64,000 nt of DNA. Source: Psammoneis japonica (Eukaryota). The notes below the pieces were generated by a model, which saw only the letters and a list, made by a program, of their open reading frames with translations, was not told where the DNA came from and made no database searches. Shown piece after piece: positions 13,805-27,020 of this stretch (its first letter is position 1; each line of letters begins with the position of its first letter). Location: positions 263,311-327,310 of the forward strand of contig QPGO01000034.1 in assembly GCA_008632985.1 (NCBI GenBank), read 5' to 3'. Both the position numbers and the translations under genes were made by a program.

Positions 13805-16059
13805 ATGTCACGCTCTGGTCAGGTGAAGAACCGCGCTCCGGCGCCGATTCAAATTTCAGCAGAACAAATCATCCGGGAAGCATCAGACAGACAGGAAAAG
13901 CACGTCCTGGCTCCCATTACCAAAATCCATGACCAGGAAGAGTACCAGTCGCATTTGAGTGACCGCCGCAAGCACTTTGAGGATAACATTCGCTATCGCA
14001 GAGAGCACATTGGTAACTGGGTCAAGTATGCTCGCTTTGAAGAAGAAAACAAGGAGTTTGAACGAGCGAGATCTGTCTTTGAGCGAGCACTCGAAGTCGA
14101 TCACCGGTCGGGCGAGTTGTGGCTCCGATATGCTGAGTTGGAGATGAGAAATGAGTTCGTCAACCACGCACGAAACATATTCGACCGAGCGGTGCAGATT
14201 CTTCCGCGGGTGGATTTTCTGTGGTACAAGTACGTCTACATGGAGGAGATGGTGGGGGACATTCCCAAGTGCCGTGCGGTGTTTGAACGGTGGATGAAGT
14301 GGATGCCCGACGACAACGCATGGCTGTCATATGCTCGATTCGAAACAAGAAGTGGCCACTTGGATCGAGCGCAGGCAGTGATGCGTCGATATGTTAATGC
14401 GTATCCTTCTGCAAGGTCCTTCCTTCGTTTTGCAAAGTGGAGTGAGTTTGAAGCAAAAGATATTGCTTTGGCCAGGAGCATTTTCGAGGCCGCTCTCTCG
14501 GAACTTGAACCAGAGGAAGTTAGACAAGCTCGCGTCTTTAAGCAATTCTCGTCCTTTGAGGAACGCCACGGAGAATATGAAAGGGCACGTGTGATTTACA
14601 AGCATGCAATTAAGCTTCTCAAACTTGGTGCGGATCAGGCTGGGCAGCTCACGCCGGAGGAGGAAGAAGAATTATCAGAGTACGAAAAGCACAAACGGGA
14701 AGAGCTGTATAAAGCTTATGTATCTTTTGAAAAGAAGCACGGCGATCGGGAGGGCATTGAAGACGTAATTTTAACCAAACAAAGAGCTGAATACAAGAAG
14801 AGATTAGGCGAAAACCCACGAGACTACGATGGCTGGTTCGAGTACGCAAAGTTAGAGCAAGAACACGGAGACGCGGAGGCGGTGCGCGAAGTATATGAAC
14901 GCGCCGTCTCCAACCTGCCTCCTTCACAAGTAAAGGACCATTGGTAAGTAGCAGGTGCTGGACACGCCTCTCCGTACGCGCGTTACAAGCAGATAGTAAC
15001 GCTCACACATGTTCGACACTCTCGTGCTGCAGGAGAAGGTACATCTATCTCTGGATCTACTATGCCCTCTTTGAAGAGCTGAAAATGCACGACCTTCCGC
15101 GAGCATCAAAGGTATACCAAGCTTGTCTTTCTATCATTCCCCATTCAAAGTTCAGCTTTGCAAAGATTTGGATCAACGCCGCCAAGCTCTATGTTCGTCG
15201 TCGAGATCTAGAATCTGCAAGAAAGCTGCTCGGAAGGGCCATTGGACGGTGCGGAAAGGAGCAAATTTTTAGGGAGTACATTGAACTGGAGTTGGCTCTC
15301 GGGGAAGTGGACAGATGCCGAACGCTGTACACCAACTATTTGAAGGCAATGCCGCACAATTGCAAAGCTTGGTCCAAGTATGCTGAGTTGGAAAAATCCG
15401 TGGGGGAAACGGAGGTGAGAAAACATGTTGATCTTTTCTTGTCGTAGCTCTTGAATGTTCTTACACCTTTTTGTAATCCGTTCATTCGCCTTGCCCTGAA
15501 GAGGTGCAGAGCAATATACGAATTGGCGATTTCGCAGGAAGCTCTGGATATGCCAGAGATGTTATGGAAGGGATACATCGATTTCGAAATAGAGGAAGGG
15601 GAAGGAGAGAATGCGCGGAAGTTATACGAACGCCTTTTGGAACGAACTGGTCACGTCAAAGTTTGGATCTCGTTTGCACAATTTGAGGGTACGGAGATCG
15701 GGGGTGGGGTGGAGGTTGCTCGCTCGACATTTGAAAAAGCACACAACAAACTCAAGGACGAGGCATCATCTGAAGAGCGGGTCCTACTCCTGGATGCATG
15801 GAGGGTATTCGAAAAGGCTGAGGGTGACACAGAAAGCGTTGCAGCCGTCGAATCTAAAATGCCGCGTCGTGTCAAGAGAAAGCGCATGCGAACGGACGAG
15901 AACGGAACAGAGCTAGGATGGGAGGAATACTTTGACTATCACTTTCCTGACGACGAAGGAGCCGCTTCCAGTAATCTCAAGATTCTCGAAATGGCAGCGA
16001 AGTGGAAACAACAGCAACAGGACACTGACTCCGATGAAAGCGACTCCGATGAGGATTAA
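13805..16059 (+). CDS. CRNKL1: Crooked neck-like pre-mRNA splicing factor (CLF1/SYF3/CRNKL1); introns ~14944-15032 and ~15415-15503
   Basis: [20 protein letters not shown], many HAT repeats ([25 protein letters not shown]), C-terminal [12 protein letters not shown]...[11 protein letters not shown]. Confidence 0.95.
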
Positions 16060-16123
16060 CTACTGTGAACTGCTGGTTCGCTGACATGATCTAATTTAGA
16101 ACCGTATTCAAAGTTGTCTGAAT

Positions 16124-19100
16124 TCACGTCAGTTCCTGAACCCACTCCTTTCGTGCATCATCGCAAAACAGAATCTCAAACTTTCCGTTGGTCGACCAAC
16201 TCCTCTTCAGGGCATTCATGACGATGCTTGGTGTTGCATATGAGGGCAGAAATTGGGCATTGACTGCATCGATTGAAAGGTTTACCCTCTTGTGCATAGC
16301 GCGCTGTATTGGTCCCGGGACGGCAAACAAATCCGTCAGCACAATGTCTCCACTGCGGTCCGTCCCAAAGACGCATCCTAAGTCCTCAAAAGAATCAGCC
16401 GTAACACAGATAGTCTCGGCTGATTCCACGTCGAAATGCTTGGCTGATGATGCCGTCCATCGGTTTTGTTGTGCTTGCTTAGGTCGAGCGAAAGTCAAAC
16501 CCACCGGGTAAGACTCTTCGTTACGAAGTATCTGGTAAACTTCGCTAAGCTCAGGACTGGTAGCTTCTCCAACCAAGCGGCAGCCTGCACCAACGGCAAG
16601 CGCGTTGATGAACAGCAAATGATCACCGATCATTATACCACTTGCTTCGGCCATGCCTGGCACGTCATTGAAGCCTTCGAGTATAATTCTCTTCGAAGCA
16701 GTAGAACTTTGTACTTCTTTGAATTTGAATTCACTGGGTCCGCCGATGTTCACCATTGAATTGGCGGGCTTCTCAAAGGTTGTGTAGATAAGGTATGGCT
16801 TGGCAAAAGAGAGAGAAAGGGGCCTTACAGAACCTACGCTTTCGAGCTGCGAGAGCGCTTTCTGTTTACCTATCCCGTTTGGACCAAGCACGAGTTCCCC
16901 ATTGACATGTGATAGCAAATCACCTATGCTGACTTTCTGTTTTTCAGCCTCGTAAACTATCCCATCTCCGTTGTTCTGATAGCTATGGACAACTAGACCA
17001 AAGTTATCCCGAGAAGCAGCGAACTTCAGACCTAACTCTCTGTCTTGGGTAAAATTCACGGACCGGATGGCGAAAACTTCCTGACTTCCTTCGTTGCAAT
17101 GATCCGACTCTCCAGTCACATCATCGTCGCCAGCTACAAAGCGTTTAATACGATCTGCGTCGTCCTTATTGGCAAGCTCAAACGAAATCGCCTTTGGTCG
17201 GCTTGGGTCCCGTAGGGCGTCGAATAGGTCTTCTCTACTCTCATAGTGGCTTCCGTTGACTGCTACGATCGTCGACCCTTCAAATACGATTGGATCAATT
17301 TGCCGATCTGTGCATACTTTCCTCGCCTGACTTCCTCTCGGGAAATCAACCACCTTTAGTAGCCCACTGTCGTCATTCAAAAGAAGGTTCATTCCCAGCG
17401 GCAGATTTTCCCTCCACACGAGCTCTACCAGATGATCATTTTCGTCAGGAACAACATCTGTAATTACCTCTTCATCAGCCTCGATAAGGTCACCCTGCAT
17501 TTTAAAAGCGGCAACGAGGGTTGAGCAGCTGCTGAAAAATGTGCCAGCCAGGGAAACCGTTCGAGCAAGCTTACCATTTTAAGCCCGGCCGTCTTCATTA
17601 CGAGTCCCCAGTACGGAGAAAGATTTTCGTTGAGATTCGCTAGAATGTATCCACTATGTCCCGTCAGAACTCCCATAATCGTCCTGACGACGTAGTCACG
17701 AAGGGGGCCTCTGAAAATGGCCGCAAGTTTGTTAAAAATCCATGTCAGTTTACCTTCTCCTTGAAGGTTAAGGTCGATTTCGCCAATTTCACAACTTCGG
17801 TCGTGCAAGCAGAGCACAGGTTCCCAATCACTCCAATCGTCATCTCCTTCAGGGGAAGACTCGTTGTTGTTAGATTTTCTTCTACGACGCAGTTCAAACT
17901 GAAGGCGAATCGAACCATCTGATAGCTTGACATTCGCCTTTCCATTCCCTTTTAAGTAGGGCATGTACGTTTGCTCGAAACTCCAAATGACATCGTCAAG
18001 CACTGCTGAGATATTCTGCACGTCAATAATCAAGAGCTCTGTAGCTTTAACAGTCCCAGGAGGTATCTCCTGGTGTATGGATAAATCAACAGAGGTATGG
18101 CTGCTAAAGCTCGCATCAACGCTCATGCCATGTACTCCAGCAGCTGCCTGATCAGTTTGATCAATGGCAGGAGCAGTAGGGCTTTGACTTGACGATGTTC
18201 GTTTGGTTGCGCGCATGCCGGCGACTTCGACAGTGATGCTTTCCTTCTTCACCTTGAACCCCTTGAGTGAAAGATTTCCAAGGTGGTAAACAAGGCCATC
18301 TTTCACTCCATCGAAAGGTGGCACAGGCATTGATGGAAGTATCCTTAACACAAAGTCAAGAGCTGTATCCGTTGCGGACGACAACAGTTTACGTCGTGCT
18401 TTCTCATCTGTCACTGCGTCTTGCGCTGTGTCCTACAATTATATTTACAACAACAGAGGTCAAAGACGTGAGCAACACATAGCACCCAGCCCAGCCGGAT
18501 TTGTTCAAGAGGAAGGTGGTGCAGGTGCACATACCAAGATTTCGTCTACATTCAATGCTTGCATTTGCTTCATGACAGAATCCTTAGTGATTCCAGCCTT
18601 CTCCGCAACTTCCAACGTCGTGTCAACAATTTTGTTGCCAGAAACACCTTCAATCGCATCAAGAACATTCTCACTGTGCTTAACCAATGTTTCACCTGCA
18701 GCCACGACGCTATCATCGTTGAGGATATTGATGGCTTCATCCAAGAGATTCGAGACTGTAAGCTCTCCGGAAAGAATCTTTCGTACACGACGCAATACCT
18801 CAAGAACCGTGGGATCACTGACCGCCGATTCTGCCACATCCAGCTGTTTATCAATTTCCTGTGCTGCTCGGCGAGCCATGGGTTCAAAAATTGCCGCTGT
18901 ACTTTTCTCTCCGCTGACAATAGCGGCAATATCTTCGGTTGATACATCCTCGCCGAGGGAGACTTCTAAATCACACAGCACGTTTTCGAGTCGCACGAGA
19001 GCAACATCTTTGTATTCGCTGCGCTGTGAGAGCATGGCGATGAGTGTTTCGTGGGTATCCTTAGAAGCCGAGGACGCCGTGTGCTGCAAGCTAGCCAGCA

Positions 19101-20454
19101 TATCTTGTAATTGATTGCCGGACGCATCACCGCTGCGTTTCATTTGGGTTATGGCATCCGCAATCACCCCGTCCAGCCCACCGTGAGATCCAGATCGTAC
19201 TTCAATAGCGGACACGAGGCGATCTCGAACGGATTCGCCTAGCTCAACAGATTTCAACCTTGCAACTGCGGCGTCCCCTTCGGTGAAGGCTTTTGTGAAT
19301 CGCGATCCAATATTTCCGGCCCAATCTAATTGATCTTGTGAAAACAAGTTTGCGGCCCTCGTTTGTATGCGGTGAGCGCCTTCTAAAAACAGACTGGCTG
19401 ATTTAGTGGACAGCAACCGCCCAGTAGCCTCTTGCCATTCCGATGTCTTGACAGAAATGGTGTCAAAGATTGCATTGAGGGTCTGGTCCGACTGCGCTGC
19501 ATCCCGCATTGAGTCAAACATTGTCGAAAAATCTGTCTCCAACTTTGCTCGCAAGTCTTCAATGTCAGCAGTATTAACATCGCCATCCTTCAACAGCTCC
19601 TCTAAGGCATTTAAGGCTGTCTCTTGAGACCTTGCAATCGATGCCGCAAATGTACTATCAGATGCATCATCATCGACAAGTGTGATCCCAGTTTTAAGAA
19701 GAGCTTCTTCTGTCGCTTTTGGAATGTCCGAGGAAACGAGTTGCTGCAGACGCTCCTTCCCTTTTTCTAGCAAAACAGTGAGTTCCTCATCTTTGAGCAT
19801 GCTGTAAATCTGCTTCACCTGGGTTTCATCTGGAAGCATGGACTCGGTTAAATCCTGCACACCTTCCTTCGAGATGGTGGTGGCGCTACTCGAAGATTCT
19901 ACCATTTGACTAGCTTTCTCCTCCACAATTTTCGTAGTCTTGTTCACAATATCTGCTACATGCTCTTGCTTCAAAAACATGTTCGTCGCGGCTGCGGTTT
20001 CATTACCCCGCCGCATCAATTCATCAAGAAGAGGATAAAACTTCGCACTTCGCGCTGTACGGAGTTCTTCTGGAGCCAATTCCATCAATTTCACAGGCTC
20101 AGGTGGTTCCAATAGCTCATATCCCTCCGGCTGCTTCCCAGATTCATCGTCGGCGGCAGCGACTAAGAATTTGTTCTTGGAAGCGGAGTAGCAGTGTACC
20201 ATCACTTTCTGTCCATCGAATTCGCCACCAACACGCAACGTGGTCATGCCAGGAGATGCAGGAAGTCTGCATCCAAGGGAATCTGACCGAAGGAAAGCAA
20301 CAGCAGATGATCCAATAGATTTACCGGGGATCCTCCACAGACGAACGTGATAGACGTCCGATTCGTCCGAAGGGCACTTCGTAATGACTCCCACACCAAA
20401 CGATGTATAGGCAATATCACCGGGATGGTACGACTCGGCTTGTCGCTGTTCCAT
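16124..20454 (-). CDS. Large hypothetical protein (three exons): helical N-terminal region, possible BPI/TULIP-like middle segment, PDZ-like C-terminal repeats
   Basis: Three long ORFs (18505-20454, 17464-18414, 16124-17500) joined by short GT-AG introns; ILPSMPVPPFDGVKDGLVYHLGNL; PLGMNL, ELGLKF, IGDLLSHVNG and IGDHLLFIN are PDZ-like. Domain calls are tentative. Confidence 0.6.
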
Positions 20455-20920
20455 CGCTTCTCGGATTCTCCCAACTGCCTTTGCCCAACCTTACCGTTAT
20501 GAATCTACGACTATGCGTTTGTTGTGGCCGAGAACTGGGTGTTTTGGTTGGGTTCGTTCTCGCCCTAACAGTGTATGGATTAGGTACGGTATGTTTGTTT
20601 GCGGTTTGGGTTCGTTGCTCGTTGCTATCATATTGCTTTGGCGCTGGGGGTGGCTTTGGCGATGAAAACCGGCGAAAAGCGCGCGCGACGAAGGAATTAT
20701 TAAAATACATAATATATTCAAGAATTAATACTTTATATATTGCCAGAGAACTGCCAACCGCAAAGTGACCAGAACCGTCTTCTTCCGTACGGTACAGACC
20801 TCCCAGTTGGGAGTGGACCAGATAGAACGCAAGACAGCGACACAATATTTTATTATTTGTGCGTGAGGAAGAGGATGAAGGTGCAGCACAAGGGTTAATG
20901 GAAAACAAGAAAACCGTACA

Positions 20921-21244
20921 ATGTTGGGAAGAAGCAGAATGTCTGGGTTGCAAAAGGAGGTGTTGGCTTTGTACAGGCAGATTCTCCGAGAGGCAGTAAT
21001 AAAAGATCGCGTAGATGGATCCAACCAACATCGGTCTTTTCTGTCACTGCTTCATGATCGACACAATCCAGCCACCGTTGGAAAACGTTCCACAACCTCT
21101 TACGCCAGTTACGAGTTTCGTCGAGAAGCATCTATGTGTCAGAGAAGTGACTTCAAAACCATTGAATACAAAATAAGAAAGGGACAAAAACAACTGAAAA
21201 TGCTGCGAATGCCGGGAGTCAAGGTTGTTAGTGGCATATCCTAA
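20921..21244 (+). CDS. SDHAF1: LYR-motif protein, succinate dehydrogenase assembly factor 1-like
   Basis: SGLQKEVLALYRQILR...EFRR...DFKTIEYKIRKGQKQLKML. Confidence 0.78.
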   Translation: MLGRSRMSGLQKEVLALYRQILREAVIKDRVDGSNQHRSFLSLLHDRHNPATVGKRSTTSYASYEFRREASMCQRSDFKTIEYKIRKGQKQLKMLRMPGVKVVSGIS

Positions 21245-24200
21245 TGCACGAGGCGTAGCTGGTCGGCCCTGTACCACATTGTTTCGAGACAAAGAAGTTA
21301 CTTTGGAACTCGTGGATTATCATGCAGAAGACGACCTTGAGAGTGAGCGCTGTCCAAGCAACATTCAGATATCGCAATGTCGAGATTCATTGCAAACTCC
21401 ATTATCGTTTTCACAAGTTGTAGACTGCCCTAGACGTTTCGCTCGTTCTCCCCATTGAATAAGTGCGGTAAAAGATGTTGGAAGCTACATGCTATGCATT
21501 CCTGTCAACGAATCGCTTTTTAGACGAAGATTCAACTCCAAAGACTAAAAAAAAATTACATCATGAATCCCATTATAGTATAATCGCTGTACCGTACCCT
21601 TATCCCTTCTCCGCCAGTTCTACCGTACCGGCAGGCATCCAACGAAACTCCTCTCTACTATACTCTAGCTCTCTACTCTAGTAGCTAGCTACTAGTAGAG
21701 AGTAGACGTCTACTCCCAAGAGTAAAACAGACAGTACGGTAAGGTTGCTTTGACGACTGACGAGCGGACGGATGGATGGAATTAATCAGCCAGGAATTTT
21801 GCGCGCAACGCCTCTCCACTGCTAGCTGGTAGCTAGGAGTGCTCTAGCTAGGGCCCCAGGGGAGTAGAGAGCAGCTGCTGCCACTGCCGGCAGCTGGAGA
21901 GTAGAGAGTGGCTACTGCCAAGTAGCAGAGATTCTCTGAGCACCCCAAACACGCGTGAGTGTGCCCAGCCCCAATCTGTCAGGGCTGTCAGACCTCCACA
22001 TGAACTGCCCTTGTCGACCTTCAAATGCCAGTTGTCGGATTTGGCGCGGTTTGACACACCCCTGTTTTTCACCAAAATGGAGCTGCTTGTGGCAGATGAG
22101 CCGCAACTTTCCAGGAAACAAGGGTGACAATTTTTGGCATTTGGCTGGCCACAGACACGTCTGCAGTCACCACGCCACTCGCGCAGAGCCACATCCATTG
22201 TCCATGCATTCTGTGACATCTCATGAGCAGACAAGTTTGACCCATTGCTGAATTTTTTTGCAAACACACTCACACACATTCAGTGTGCAGCATGTGTTGT
22301 CAAGAAGCAGACGAAATTACACACACCACATTTGTGGTCATGCACTGTTGTGTGTGTCAATCACACGACAATCATGGACACATGTGATGGTCAGATTGAC
22401 CACACAAAATGGATCAGATGTCTAAATTGCAAACACAGTTGACAGATGATGTTGACACATGAGATGTCAATGTTGATTGCATTCAGACAATCTGTTGTCA
22501 TGGTCAGATTTTCCGAAAGGCCTTTCTTGCTCTGCAAGAGCAGTGCAGACACTTTGGGCCATTGAGAACTCTTTGAGAGAATCAGGTCATGACAACAGAT
22601 TGTCCAGATGCAATCAACATTGACACCTCACAATGTGTCAACATCATCCATCGATTGCATCTGCAATTTTGGTCATCCGATCAATTCTGTGTGATGATTG
22701 TTGTGCAATTGACGCACACAATGTTGTGCAACCACAAACACGCGCAACTTCATTTGCTTGACAATGCATGCTGCAAGTGCAGTGCATGCCCAGGTTCATT
22801 TTCACAGTGTCACAAGCTCCAACAAAATTGACCACAAACCAAGAACGGTCCATCCTCAGATGGGCTCAGCCCACTGTCCATCTGGCAATGGCTTTTGAGC
22901 CAAAAATGATGGTGCTGCTCAGTTTGTGTGGCCATGTCTGCAGTCTGCAGCTGTGTGCGCTGAAGCTCTTTGTGTTGGCACTTGCAACCAAGTGTGTCTC
23001 TTGCGTGGGCCCACAAAGTCACAAAAGACTCAAAACAGCTGACAGCTGGGGAGGAGGCAGCATTGCCAACAAGTTTTCATCGTTGAACAGAAAATCTCTC
23101 CAGCAAACTTGGCACAAACACCATTGTTTTGCTCTCTCAAGCAAGAGACTCAAAAAAGCTTGTGAAGTGCTTTGCAGGGACAACAGCTGCTCGCAGGGCC
23201 CACCAAAAATTGATCTGTCAAAAAAGCTGCACTGAGAACTCAATTTTCAGAAAATGAGAGTTGACCCACTCAACTCAGCACAAACCTTTGTCCAATGGAA
23301 ATGATCTTGTGGTGTGCAAGCTGCAAAAAAGGTTGGAAGCTGTTGCCCCAAATGGACAGCACAGGTGAGCCAAGCCATGGGTGGGATTGCCAGATCAACT
23401 CCTTCATGATCTGCCAGACACTGTCAGCAGCCCGTCAAGTCAAAAGTCAATTCATTGTCTTCATGGGGCTGATCTGCCATGCTGGATTAGATGATGATCT
23501 TTGGAGCAAAAATGTGTTTGCTTCAAAGACCATCTAATCTGAGAATCTGGGCAATCTTGGAGAACAATTTTGAAATGTTCCCTGGTTGTCATTGTGGCAA
23601 TGGTGGATGTCATGCGATTGTGCTGCAGAGCAGCATGAGAACACTGCCATGTCACATGACCCTGATTTGGGGTGATGTGACAAAACAGCACACAGTGTTT
23701 TGAAGAATGTGACAATGCACCAAAGCCTTCAATTTTGTTCCTGTGATGTTGCAAGCTGTTGCCATTTTGGCTTGCAGAACATTCTTGTTTTGGGAAACTG
23801 ACTTCCACTGTTTGCCCACATTTGACATTTGTGTGCAATGGGTTTTGGGTTTTTTCATTTCAAAAGACAAGACACCAATTGCCACAGAAGCATCTCATTT
23901 TTTACATCACATCTCAACACAACACAGGAACAGGAGGAGAGCTGCCCTTTGCACTTTGCACAATCTGACACTTGACTTCCACTTTGACTGTGCAAACAGG
24001 GTGACCTTGTGTGATGGAATCTTTGCCTGATTGCTCAATTTTTGTTGGCCATGATGTGCAATGCAACCAACATGTGCGTCACCCCTGGTGTGCCAGAAAT
24101 TCATTTTTGTTGCCCTGAAAGTTAACAAAAACACCCACGTTTACTTTTTCAACCAAGCTGGGCTTTTCCCCCTCTTCCATTTCTGACAATGTGTGGCTGT

Positions 24201-25183
24201 CTGTGGCATGGAGTTGCTGCTTGCTTGTCTTGTCATGCCCTTGCAAGGCACATTGAGTGGACTTGTGATGAAGCTTGCCCATGTGTTGTTGACAAAGAAG
24301 GAGGCAATGACACAACTCTTCACAGGACATTGATGGGGCAGATGTCAAGCAGTGACAGTTTTGGTGGGTGGTGGCAGCCATGATGACAATTTAGAAGAAA
24401 TCAGCCATGAAATCAGCTGCCAATGAGCTGGACTCTGCCTGTTCTGATGATACAATGACAAACATTGTGGCAATGAGCAGCTGACTTCTCCTGCACCATC
24501 ATGGTTCAATGGTGCTGTGGTGTCAGAGAATTCTGCAGCAGCTCTTGTCCCTTTTTCATCTTGGGAGGATGAAAGCAACACAGGCATGTCTGACAACACA
24601 GCTTGTGTTGGTCAGCTTTCTGATGCCATGAGCAAACATTCACAATGCATCTCCTCTTTGGACTCAGTGATGACAGCAATTTTGGCTTCCCACCCAATGT
24701 CACCAATGAAGGCAGTGATGCTGCAATGCACCTTCCTGAAGATGGTGATGGTGGTCGTGGCAAAGATGATGAGAAGAGGAGTTGGCACATCATTTGTGGT
24801 TGAGGCATGTCCCTCTTTTTCACACACCAAATTTGTGAATCTCATCTTTTTGCCCCAATGCAGCAACTTTTGCTTGATGCCATGTGCAGCCATTTGTTCT
24901 TCAAGCATGTGCCACATCATGGCTTGTGCTGACCCTCTCATCATGCACATTGAGGTGTGTGTTCACAAGGTTTTGGCTCCATTCCTCCCACCTGTTGAGC
25001 TTTGGTGCTTTTTTGTGTGTGGACAATGAGAGAAAACTTTTTTGGCAATGAGGAGTGTGTTGCCAATGAACTGTGTGGTTCCAAGGTGTGTGGTGAGTTG
25101 AACACAGGCACACCACAGTGGAGGGGGCACAGGCTGCATTGATGACTGTGTGTGGCACATGGTGACATGTCCACACAGGCGAT

Positions 25184-27020
25184 GTGCCAGTTGATTCAAT
25201 GGTTGAGACATTGAAGTGCCCACTGAGCAAGCGAGATGGTGAAGAGGCTTGCCGGCAACCGTCAGGCAGCATGATGGCATCTCATCCATTTGTGGAGCTT
25301 GCACTTTGGGCAGGATGCATGACAACTGTGCACTTTCAACATTTGAGACAACCACAGGTGCACTGCTTTTCTCCAATTTGTGTTTTCATTGATGGGGCGC
25401 ATTGTGGCCACAATGACCAGCTGCAGTCAGAGCCTGTGTTGGCTTCATTTGGAAATTTCTCCACGTTGATTGGGCACAGCCCTGATGGTTTTTGCTTGGC
25501 CTGTTGCCAAATTCCATGCTGACTCCTCAAGAAAGAAAGCATTGCAATTGAGGCTCTAGTCTCATGGTGAGTGCTTGGGCCTGCAGCTGCATGGTGGTGC
25601 ACTTCAGGCAGTGTTTTGAGAGCTGACTCATCTGGAGCAGTGTGGTGAGGAGACCAGCAAGGAACTCCCCTGTAAAGTTCATGAACTTGGAGATGGGCAT
25701 CTTCTTTTTTGAGTTTGCAGTGATCATGTTGCACTTCAGGCAGTGTTTTGAGAACTGACTCATCTGGAGCAGTGTGGTGAGGAGACCTGCAAGGGGGGTT
25801 TCCCCTGCACAGTTCATGAACTTGGAGATGGGGCGGCATCTCCTTTTTTAGTTTGCAGCATGTGCTGGAGATGCAGTTGGTCATGATGCCTTGACTTGGC
25901 ACTGCAAATCTTGTGGCAAACTGACTCATCTGGAGCAGTGTGGTGAGGAGACCAGCAAAGGGGCATTCCCCTGCACAGTTCATGAACTTGGAGATGGGCA
26001 TCTCCTTTTTTTAGTTTGCAGTGTGTACTGGGAATGCAGTTGGTCATGATGCCTTGACTTGAAACTGCAAGTTTTGTGGCAACAAGCTCAGTTGACTGAT
26101 CTGCTCCTGCAACAAGTCTTCTGAAAACCCGCTTGACAACCCTGATGTTGAGGAGTGTGAACTTGTCACTCAAAAGACATTGCACCTTGCAACATCAAAC
26201 TTTGCACTGGCAAGATTCAAAGGTGATGCAAAGTCAGCAAGTGCTGTGAGAAAGCCAAGTCAATCTCACAGCCTTTTTCATCCCTGTCTTTGACAAGATT
26301 TCCTGTGGTGGCTGCCAGTGTAGCATCTTTGGACTGGCACCTTTCTGGCTTCTTTGCGTGCATTTGCTCAGCATGATGAAACATTCCCTCAAAGCTCTTT
26401 TCTCTTTTTGGTCATGGCAAAGATGTGCACAACCATGAACAAAACAAAAAAACAACCAAAAGTCCATTTTCAATGTTGGGAACTCAAGCAAAGGGCTCAC
26501 ATGCTGCCTTGCAGAGCAAACAACAGATTGGCTGTGGCTTTCCACCAGATGTGGTGTCAAGTGCTGGAGTGACAACCTTCATGGGCACACAGGGCAAGGA
26601 GCATTTCTGGTTGAGCCTGCTTTCAACTGCAGCTCTCCCTGGAATGAAGGGAGGCTCCTCATTGGAAAAAAGCTTTGTTTTCCTTCTCTGGCAGGGAGTT
26701 GTTCTGTCACATGCTCCACCACAATCACCACAATGAAGTGCACAAATTGGAGACAAAAAAGGCAAGAACTGGAGGACCGCATTTGTCTGCACCACTCAAA
26801 CAAAGTGGTGGGACCTGTGCACAAAATCAAATCAAAACATCCTCTGCTGTTGGAAACAAGCTCCCACAGTTTTGTGGCATGCTGCACATCCTGAGGCAGA
26901 CTGCACTGTTGGGGTCTTCTCAAAGCCACTGCGGCAACCATCTTGAGGTTTGAAAGCATTTTTCAAGCCCCCCCCCTGCCAGAAGGACTGGCAAAACACA
27001 GCAGCTTCAAGGTGGATCTG
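25184..27020 (+). pseudogene. Decayed Plavaka-like (CACTA/EnSpm-related) transposase
   Basis: PICVFIDGAH...QSEPVLASFGNF (~25373-25460), GDAVGHDAL (25867-25893), SIFGLAP (~26322), KLPQFCGMLHILRQTALLGSSQ...ARRTGKT (~26858-27000) match, by recall, the PIxxFIDxTH...EPVxxTLG, GDxxGHDxLCG and KFHxxxH...FGS...PAxxTQK motifs of this family. Confidence 0.65.
25598..26070 (+). repeat. Three imperfect tandem copies (~130-180 bp) within the transposase remnant
   Basis: Core CTGACTCATCTGGAGCAGTGTGGTGAGGAGACC...GTTCATGAACTTGGAGATGGG starts at ~25624, ~25756 and ~25921. Confidence 0.9.
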
